Virus record (IMG/VR): IMGVR_UViG_2859657292_000001 | Strand: one strand, 5' to 3' | From: a virus | Lineage: Duplodnaviria; Heunggongvirae; Uroviricota; Caudoviricetes | Length of the DNA: 39,932 bases | Part shown: positions 32,926 through 39,932 of the stretch, one piece after another | Position numbering within the stretch: the first letter of the stretch is position 1 | How the letters are laid out: each line of letters starts with the position of its first letter | Program-made: the position numbers and the translations under genes | The notes under the pieces: model-generated | What the model was told of the DNA's origin: nothing | The model's input: the letters and a program-made list of their open reading frames with translations, nothing else | The model's database searches: none

Positions 32926-35900
32926 ATGGAACAGTTCAAGAAGAAGAGACTGCCTCTCCTGATTGCAGGTGCTGGCGGTAAGAAAAGCAGTGGCTCCAGC
33001 CGCACGCCGGTTGAAGCCGACGATACCGTAAACTCGCGTGCTATGGCGTCCATCCTCGACCTGCTCGGGGAGGGTGTCATTGGCGGGCTGGTGGATGGCG
33101 CAAAGTCGATCTTCGTTGATGATCTGCCAATCCTTAACGAAGACGGGTCTCCAAACTTTAGCGGTATCACGTGGGACTTCCGCGATGGTTCACAAGACCA
33201 GACGCCGATGTCCGGGTTCGATTTCGTTGAAACGCCGAAGTCAGTCAACATCCAGCTGAAAAGAATGCACGACGTTACGATTGCCATCGATAACGATGAG
33301 GCAGACCGTGTCCGCGTCATTCTGAAGTTCCCGTCTCTGCGTAGCATTGACAAAAAGACCGGTGATACCAACGGTACGACCGTGAAGTACAAATTCCAGA
33401 TTGCCAATGGCGATAATGCCTTCAAGGACGCCATCGCAGAAGGGGAGAGCACTTCCGAAATTACGCTGACGGCAAAAAAGACGGGCGTCTACTACCGCAG
33501 CTATGAGCTAAAACTGCCCAAGCCAGGTCGTGCCTACAAGGTTCGCGTGCTTCGTCTGACCGATGACAGCAACACTCAGTACATCTTTAACGATACGTGG
33601 GTGGACTCTATCGGTGAGATTGTTGATACGCCGATGAACTACCCGAACTCCGCGCTGGTCGGCCTCAAGGTCAACTCAGAGCAGTTCGGCAGCTCGATGC
33701 CGTCTCGTTCGTATCTGGTGCGTGGTCTGAAGATCCGCGTCCCGTCCAACTACGACGAACACACAAACACCTATATCGGCGTATGGGATGGCACATTCAA
33801 GCTGTTGTCATCTTCCAACCCTGCCTGGATTCTCTTCGACCTGCTTACCAACGCTCGTTATGGCCTGGGGCAGTACGTTTCTGAGTCCATGATTGATCTC
33901 GGGCAGATCTACCAGATTGGGCGCTACTGCGACGAAGAGATTGACGATGGTTTCGGTGGCAAAGAGAAGCGCTTCGCTATCAACACCCAGATCACCAGCC
34001 GTCAGGACGCGTACCGACTGATTCAGGATATCGCTGGCGCCTTCCGCGGAATGGTCTTCTGGGCTGGCGGCATGGTTAACGTCATGCAGGATAGTCCGTC
34101 AGATCCGGTCATGATGTTCACCAACGCGAACGTCAAAGATGGCATGTTCAGTTACAAGGGATCTGCGCGTAAAGACCGTCCGTCAGTGGCTCTTGTGACC
34201 TACAACAACAAGGAAGACGGCTACAAGCAGAACATCGAGTACGTCGAAGACCAGGAGGCGATGCGTCGTTATGGCGAGCGCAAAACCGAAGTGGTTGCGT
34301 TTGGCTGTACCAGCCGTGGCCAGGCGCATCGTGTCGGTCTGTGGCTGCTGTATACCGCACGCATGGAGTCCGACGTTATCAGCTTTACGGCAGGGCTGGA
34401 TGCTTCCTTCCTGATGCCGGGCGAAACGGTGCTGATTCAGAACAAATACCGTGCTGGTAAACGCAACTCTGGCCGCATTGTGGCGTTCACAAAGAACAGC
34501 ATCACTCTCGACGCACCGGTTACGCTGAATAAGGCTGGTAGCTACATCCGGATCTTGAATCAGGAAGGAGAAATCGTTGAGCGCGATATTCTTGAGACCG
34601 GGGAAGACATTACCAAAGTGACCTTCTCCAAAGCGCTCAATTCTGGTGATATGCCGGTTATGAATGGCGTCTGGACGATTACCGAGCCAGATCTGGAACC
34701 AATGCGCGTGCGTGTTATCAACGTTGCCCAGGGCGAGGCTCAGGGGACGTTTGACGTTACCGTTGTCCAGAATAACGCATCGAAGTACGAAGCCATCGAC
34801 AACGGCGCGACGCTGCTCCCCGAGAACAACACCGTTCTCGACCCGACTTATTCGAAGCCGACCAACCTGCTGGTGACGGAAGGGACGTATATCTCCAGTC
34901 CGGGCAACCTCTCAATCAAGCTCGTTGCCACCTGGGAAGGTAAGTCTGCGGAATATTGGATCAGCTGGCGTCGTTCCGATGAGAACAACGTCTCTAACTG
35001 GCAGTCCGCACGCGTTACCGAAGAGCAGTTCGAGATCCTCAATATTGCCGAGAATGGTCAGTACGACATTCAGCTCTATGCGGTTTCGTTCAGTGGCAAG
35101 AAGACGGATATCATCAGCACCGTTTATCAGGTGAAAGGTACGATGACGCCGCCAGGCTCTCCTACCTCTCTGACGGCCGTGGGTGACTACCGCAACGTGA
35201 TTCTGAATTGGGTCAACCCGGACTCAATCGACCTCGATCACATCAACGTGTACGCCTCCCAGACCAACGATCTGGAAACGGCAAAGTTGATTGCAGAGGC
35301 TGCCAGCACCACGTTCACCCATGCCGGTCTTGGGGATAGCGAGACCTGGTACTATTGGGTTCGCGCGGTGAACAAGCGTGGCATGTTAAGCCCGCCGAAC
35401 TCCAATCTGGGTACGGAAGCGATGACGCGAGACGTCCTCTCATTCCTTACCGGGAAGATCACCTCTTCCGAGCTGGGACAGGAGCTGCTGGAGGAAATCG
35501 ACTCTAAAGCCTCTCAGGATGCGGTCGACGCCATCAACAAACAGATGGAAGAAAGCCTGAAAGAGCTTGATCAGTCCGTTACCGATCTGGACAGCAAACT
35601 GGAAGACACCAGCGGTCGGCTTGAACAGGCCCAGAACGACCTCAAAAATGAAGTCTCTGGCACGCTGGACAAGGTCAACGACGCGCTGCAACAGGTTGAG
35701 GACTCTAATGCGGCTCTGGTTGAGTTGCAGGAGACCGTTTCCGAGCAGGGCAAAGCCGTTGCAGGTGCTGTGGAAGCGGCACACGCTGCGCTCGACAATG
35801 CCTCCGCGCTGATTGCTGAAGAGCGTGAAGCCCGTGTCGAAGGCGATAAGGCAAATGCCAAACAGATTGAGGCAATGAAATCCTCCGTCGATGACAGCGT

Positions 35901-37614
35901 TGCCGCCGTCGAAGAGATGAAAAAGACTGTTGCCGAAGTCGAACGCGCCAGCGCGGAAGTATCGACCAATATCGAGGCTCTGGCCAAAACCAATATTGAC
36001 CTCGCTCTGCGTCAGGATGAAGACCAGCACAAGCAAATGGTCAATAACGCGAAGATCGCCACCATTCAGAAGACGTTTGCCGACGATATGTCTGCAATGG
36101 CCTCAAAAGTGGAAGAGATCCGCGCAGAAATTGGTGAGGACATCCGGGCATCGATTCTGGAAGAGACAACGGCTCGCGTAGAGGCTGATAAGGCGATCGC
36201 AACACAAATCACCAAGTTGGAAGCCCAGATCAATGATGATATTTCTGCGGCCATTGTTTCTGAGCAGGAGGCCAGAGCCACTGCGGATGAATCCCTGTCC
36301 AGGCAGATTACGTCACTGCAGGCGAAGGTAGAAGGTGACATTAGTGCGGCTCTTACCGAAGAGCAGATCGCCCGAGCTTCGGGGGATGAGGCATTATCCA
36401 AACAGATTACCAGCCTCAAGGCCCAGACGGGTGAGGATATTAAGGCGGCAGTTGCCAGTGAAACGAAAGCGCGTACTGACGCAGATAGCGCACTGGCAAC
36501 TCAGATCAGCACGTTAAAGGCCCAGACTGCGCAGGACATCAAAGCAGCGGTTGCTACTGAGACTAAAGCTCGTACCGATGCCGATTCGGCGCTGGCCGGG
36601 CAGATCACAAGCCTGAAAGCCCAGACTGGCAAGGATATTAATGCAGCAGTTACGTCCGAGGCGAACGCCAGGGCAAATGCTGATGGGGCGTTGGGATCAC
36701 GTATCGATACGCTAAAAGCCTCTGTTGACGGTAACTCTGCAACGATTAAACAACAGGCGACAGCTATTGCGGACACCAATAAAAAAGTCTCTACAGCCTG
36801 GACGCTTAAGATGGAGACATCGACAAGCGGTGGGCAGAAGTATGTTGCCGGCATTGCGTTGGGGATCGACAGCACTGGTCTGTCTCAATTCCTTGTTCAA
36901 ACCGACCGTTTTGGATTGGTGAACTCAGTGAATGGAAAGGTTACAACGCCTTTCGTCATTGAAAACGGTGTGGCATATATGAGCGGAGCTTGGATACAAA
37001 ATGGCACTATCGATAATGCAAAAATAGGGCAGTTCATTCAGTCTAACGACTTTCAAAGCGGTGTCAGAGGATGGAATATAAACAAAAATGGCTCTTCTGA
37101 ATTTCAGAACATCAAAGCCAGAGGGGAGATTATTGCAACAACGGGAAGGATGAGTAATGTCGTAATTGATGAGACATGTACTGTTAAAAAGCTATTCGCT
37201 GAAAACATCTATGGAGACATTATTACAGCATCATCCAATTTGACCGATAAGGTTTGGGGAAATACAACTGGCACTAGCTCGGGTACGCGTTACCCAATTG
37301 CAACCATACATGGTGCACCTTTCGAAAGAGTTTTTTTATTTTTAGGGACAACTGCTGCGCATACCCTTTGGCGACAGAACGTCACAATTAGATGTGATGA
37401 GTCGATCGTTTTCCAATATGACACAGGAAACGATGGTTCAAGTGGCGATTCTACAAAAAAATGGAATAACTTGTTATTAAGGATACCGGCTTCGTCGTAT
37501 GGCGCGACCCAAAATCTGACAGTTCAGTTTCCAAACAGGGGCGATAGAGGATATCTCCAGTTCACCGGAATTCTAATGCTATATAAAATTTCTGGTTCGG
37601 TGACAATTCATTAA
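32926..37614 (+). CDS. Central tail fibre / host specificity protein J-like
   Basis: GAGG N-terminus, DLLGEGVIGGL, SSNPAWILFDLLTN.RYGLG, FnIII domains, coiled-coil repeats, DUF1983-like segment and variable C-terminus. Confidence 0.93.
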   Translation: MEQFKKKRLPLLIAGAGGKKSSGSSRTPVEADDTVNSRAMASILDLLGEGVIGGLVDGAKSIFVDDLPILNEDGSPNFSGITWDFRDGSQDQTPMSGFDFVETPKSVNIQLKRMHDVTIAIDNDEADRVRVILKFPSLRSIDKKTGDTNGTTVKYKFQIANGDNAFKDAIAEGESTSEITLTAKKTGVYYRSYELKLPKPGRAYKVRVLRLTDDSNTQYIFNDTWVDSIGEIVDTPMNYPNSALVGLKVNSEQFGSSMPSRSYLVRGLKIRVPSNYDEHTNTYIGVWDGTFKLLSSSNPAWILFDLLTNARYGLGQYVSESMIDLGQIYQIGRYCDEEIDDGFGGKEKRFAINTQITSRQDAYRLIQDIAGAFRGMVFWAGGMVNVMQDSPSDPVMMFTNANVKDGMFSYKGSARKDRPSVALVTYNNKEDGYKQNIEYVEDQEAMRRYGERKTEVVAFGCTSRGQAHRVGLWLLYTARMESDVISFTAGLDASFLMPGETVLIQNKYRAGKRNSGRIVAFTKNSITLDAPVTLNKAGSYIRILNQEGEIVERDILETGEDITKVTFSKALNSGDMPVMNGVWTITEPDLEPMRVRVINVAQGEAQGTFDVTVVQNNASKYEAIDNGATLLPENNTVLDPTYSKPTNLLVTEGTYISSPGNLSIKLVATWEGKSAEYWISWRRSDENNVSNWQSARVTEEQFEILNIAENGQYDIQLYAVSFSGKKTDIISTVYQVKGTMTPPGSPTSLTAVGDYRNVILNWVNPDSIDLDHINVYASQTNDLETAKLIAEAASTTFTHAGLGDSETWYYWVRAVNKRGMLSPPNSNLGTEAMTRDVLSFLTGKITSSELGQELLEEIDSKASQDAVDAINKQMEESLKELDQSVTDLDSKLEDTSGRLEQAQNDLKNEVSGTLDKVNDALQQVEDSNAALVELQETVSEQGKAVAGAVEAAHAALDNASALIAEEREARVEGDKANAKQIEAMKSSVDDSVAAVEEMKKTVAEVERASAEVSTNIEALAKTNIDLALRQDEDQHKQMVNNAKIATIQKTFADDMSAMASKVEEIRAEIGEDIRASILEETTARVEADKAIATQITKLEAQINDDISAAIVSEQEARATADESLSRQITSLQAKVEGDISAALTEEQIARASGDEALSKQITSLKAQTGEDIKAAVASETKARTDADSALATQISTLKAQTAQDIKAAVATETKARTDADSALAGQITSLKAQTGKDINAAVTSEANARANADGALGSRIDTLKASVDGNSATIKQQATAIADTNKKVSTAWTLKMETSTSGGQKYVAGIALGIDSTGLSQFLVQTDRFGLVNSVNGKVTTPFVIENGVAYMSGAWIQNGTIDNAKIGQFIQSNDFQSGVRGWNINKNGSSEFQNIKARGEIIATTGRMSNVVIDETCTVKKLFAENIYGDIITASSNLTDKVWGNTTGTSSGTRYPIATIHGAPFERVFLFLGTTAAHTLWRQNVTIRCDESIVFQYDTGNDGSSGDSTKKWNNLLLRIPASSYGATQNLTVQFPNRGDRGYLQFTGILMLYKISGSVTIH
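36142..36735 (+). repeat. Six tandem 99-nt (33-aa) repeats in gpJ
   Basis: Units begin at 36142, 36241, 36340, 36439, 36538 and 36637 (I.AA...E..AR..AD..L..QI..L.AQ...D). Confidence 0.85.
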
Positions 37615-37623
37615 TTACAATGG

Positions 37624-37641
37624 TAGGTATGTACTTACTTA
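37624..37641. promoter_or_regulatory. Motif B TAGGTATGTACTTACTTA upstream of the side tail fibre gene
   Basis: 18-bp near-palindrome. Confidence 0.6.
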
Positions 37642-37677
37642 TGTGGGCGGGAATGCCCGCACTTTCAAGGAGCGAAT

Positions 37678-39932
37678 ATGTGGTACAGGGAAGGTACTAT
37701 CACATTTACAAAGGGAAGTGACACACTTGAGGGCACTGGTACGTTTTGGAACGTCACAGCCAATGGTGTATTGCCGGGTATGATTGTCATCGGACCCGAT
37801 AACAGGCTGTACGAAATTAAGCGCGTGCTAAATGACACCCGCTTGACACTCATGGAGCAGTACACTGGTGAGACCCAGAATGAGGTCCCATGCCGGATCA
37901 TCACTACCTATGAAGGCGATCTGACCCAGTTCAGCGCCCGCTTTACAGCATTGATGACCCGAATGTCAGCCGACTCGAAGACAATGAGAAGCTGGTTAAC
38001 TGCCATTGATGAAGTGACACTCGTACGCGAGGATGGTACTGAGGTAACGGTTAAATCGCTCACCCAAATCGTCGATGAGCACAATGCCAACCAGCAATGG
38101 TACAGGGACAATGCGGATGCAATCGATGCCGCGGGCGACAAAGCTAAACAGGCCGCCGCCAGCGCAGCGGCAGCTGCCAATAGCGCAAGCACTGCCGGAA
38201 CAAAGGCGACTGAAGCCAGTAACAGTGCCGCAGCAGCAGCTGCATCCGAAGGCGTTGCCAGCGAAGCCGCTAAGGGTGCAAAGACCTCCGAAACGAATGC
38301 AGAAAGCCATAAAGAGACTGCTGTAGCTTCAGCTGCCACCGCAACGGAGAAAGCCGCCGAAGCCGGGGCATCTGCTTCGAGTGCCGCAGCGTCAAAAAAT
38401 GCCGCGAAAGCCTCAGAAACTAACGCTGCTGGCAGTGCTGTCTCTGCTGCGGATTCTGCGACCGCAGCATCTAATTCCGCCGCAGCTGCTGAAGTTTCTG
38501 AGAGCAATGCCGCCGCATCAGAAAGCGCAGCAGCGGGCAGTGCAGCCGCCGCTCTTGCATCTCAGAACGCATCCAAAACATCTGAAACAAACGCGGCGCA
38601 GAGCGCCGATGGGTCGGCCACCAGCGCTGCCGCGGCTAAAGTGTCTGAGACCAACGCTGCCGCCTCGGAAACCGCCGCCTCCGCGAGCAAAGTGGCTGCC
38701 GGTTTAAGCGCTGACGCGGCGGCGGGAAGCGCCGCTACAGCTGGTGAGTATGCTGATGCGGCAGAGGCTAGCAAAGACGCGGCCGCATCAAGCGTTGTTG
38801 AGGCTAAGAAGTATGAAGCAAGCGCAGCCGCATCAGCTACAACCGCAAGTGATGCTCTGGCAAGTGTTGAAGCAAATGCAGCAGAAGCCGCTGAGTCGGC
38901 CACACTCGCGACAGCAAAAGCGTTCGAGGCCTCGACTTCGGCGGCTGAGGCCAAAGCATCTCAAACGAAAGCGAAAGCGTCTGAGGACAAGGCCTATGAA
39001 TATGCGCAGAATGCGCAGTCCAGTGTCGCCAGTGTGAAATGGAAGGGTACATCCGCCGAACTTGATTTGACTTCTGAAACGCCCAAGTGGGTAAAAATCT
39101 CGCGTGCGCGTATGCCGCAAGCGACCAGCACTGTCTACATCGAAGTGATCGGTGGCGCTGGTTATGAGGCCGATAGCCCAGGCCAGGCGGCGATGGCTGA
39201 TATTGTCCTGCGAACCGCGGACGATGATCCGCGAGGTCTCAATGCGGTTGCCTATTTAACGCAGGACTCCGCCGTAAATAGCTTGGCTACCGTGAATACC
39301 GACGAAGATAATTACGACATCTTCCTCCATGTGGGAGCGGGCGCTAAGAAGTTGATTGTTAACCTACAATTCTCCGGCGCCGCGGTAGAAACACTGGGTG
39401 TAATCGAGTCGGTTGACTCGTTGCCGGAAGGTGCAGTCGAGGGAACGGTATATCACCGAGTACTTTCAGACATCAATGGCTCCATCTCTGGCTCTTTGGT
39501 TGGAAATGCCGCTACCGCCACGAAACTGCAAACTGCAAGAAAAATTGCAGGTGTAAATTTTGACGGTTCTTCCGACATTAGCATCAGTCCAGCCAACATA
39601 AATGCAGCAGCAGCGGTTAGCGGTTGGCTGAATAGTGGAAATGGTTCGCCTTTTACAACTGCCCAATTCGTAACATGGCTCAATGAACAAGGTGCTTTTG
39701 AATACAAATGTTGGATCGCCCGGTGCTCATGGGCCTACGCGGGCAACAATTACATTGACGATACCGGATGCGGCAGGATTAACCTCTCTGGGTCAGTAAT
39801 TGAAGTTTTCAGTAATGCAAATACAAGTAGCTACACAATTCGTGTTACTACCCCCACAACCACAGGGCATGGGGGCGTAACTAACGCTGAGTTTATATAC
39901 ATTAATAATGGTGATGGCTACGCGCCTGGTTG
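37678..39932 (+). CDS. Side tail fibre protein (Stf-like), 3'-truncated by the window; absent from the ORF track
   Basis: Hand translation from ATG 37678 (AAGGAG RBS) is open to the window end: MWYREGTITFTKGS..., an Ala/Ser-rich (SETNAAAS) stalk, GNAATATKLQTARKIAGVNFDGSSDI, then a gp37-like WIARCSWAYAGN segment. Confidence 0.9.
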   Translation, partial: MWYREGTITFTKGSDTLEGTGTFWNVTANGVLPGMIVIGPDNRLYEIKRVLNDTRLTLMEQYTGETQNEVPCRIITTYEGDLTQFSARFTALMTRMSADSKTMRSWLTAIDEVTLVREDGTEVTVKSLTQIVDEHNANQQWYRDNADAIDAAGDKAKQAAASAAAAANSASTAGTKATEASNSAAAAAASEGVASEAAKGAKTSETNAESHKETAVASAATATEKAAEAGASASSAAASKNAAKASETNAAGSAVSAADSATAASNSAAAAEVSESNAAASESAAAGSAAAALASQNASKTSETNAAQSADGSATSAAAAKVSETNAAASETAASASKVAAGLSADAAAGSAATAGEYADAAEASKDAAASSVVEAKKYEASAAASATTASDALASVEANAAEAAESATLATAKAFEASTSAAEAKASQTKAKASEDKAYEYAQNAQSSVASVKWKGTSAELDLTSETPKWVKISRARMPQATSTVYIEVIGGAGYEADSPGQAAMADIVLRTADDDPRGLNAVAYLTQDSAVNSLATVNTDEDNYDIFLHVGAGAKKLIVNLQFSGAAVETLGVIESVDSLPEGAVEGTVYHRVLSDINGSISGSLVGNAATATKLQTARKIAGVNFDGSSDISISPANINAAAAVSGWLNSGNGSPFTTAQFVTWLNEQGAFEYKCWIARCSWAYAGNNYIDDTGCGRINLSGSVIEVFSNANTSSYTIRVTTPTTTGHGGVTNAEFIYINNGDGYAPG

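Larger units (their letters stand above)
1..39932. mobile_element. Part of a temperate siphovirus / phage-plasmid, SSU5/pHCM2-like (probable)
   Basis: Complete head and lambda-like tail module, with plasmid-type small genes and the ParB-ParB-ABC-GNAT and helicase block upstream of the terminase. Family assignment is from recalled gene order, not a search. Confidence 0.75.

Noticed and set aside
13479-36900. Numerous long reverse-strand ORFs opposite structural genes (e.g. 13479-14696, 19768-20598, 21071-21784, 26118-26924)
   Set aside because: Antisense shadows of strongly biased coding sequence; no RBS or recognisable domains.
37908-39120. Antisense Ala/Ser-rich ORFs in the track (37908-38507, 38562-38954 and others)
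   Set aside because: Shadows of the GCN-rich plus-strand side tail fibre gene.
39440-39600. gix/cix/hix-type invertase crossover site in the tail fibre
   Set aside because: No match to the AAACC..GGTTT-type consensus seen within the window.

Overview
This is about 40 kb of a temperate siphovirus-type element, most consistent with an Enterobacteriaceae phage-plasmid of the SSU5/pHCM2 type (inferred from gene content and order; no database search was run). Left to right: (1) accessory genes (LprI-like secreted protein, ydfZ-like gene, a small LexA-box-controlled gene); (2) about 5.5 kb of small hypothetical genes, many in repeated promoter-operator-RBS cassettes, plus repeat-rich non-coding DNA; (3) an AT-rich two-gene island; (4) a leftward operon of SF2 helicase, RHH-like protein, lipoprotein and tandem Sm-like protein; (5) a rightward module of two ParB-like proteins, a stand-alone ABC ATPase, a small protein, a Mom-like/GNAT acetyltransferase and a winged-helix protein, which is a candidate DNA-modification system; (6) terminase, portal, scaffold, major capsid, Ig-like decoration, neck, and a lambda-like tail (tube, G/GT chaperones, tape measure, M, L, K, I, J), ending in a side tail fibre cut off by the window edge. 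Two dispersed palindromic motifs were read directly from the sequence. Motif A is AAACAWNWTGTTT, at mostly early-type cassettes. Motif B is TARGTAAGTRCTTAYYTA, mostly before morphogenesis genes. No CRISPR array, rRNA, tRNA, IS element, integrase or lysis cassette was recognised.
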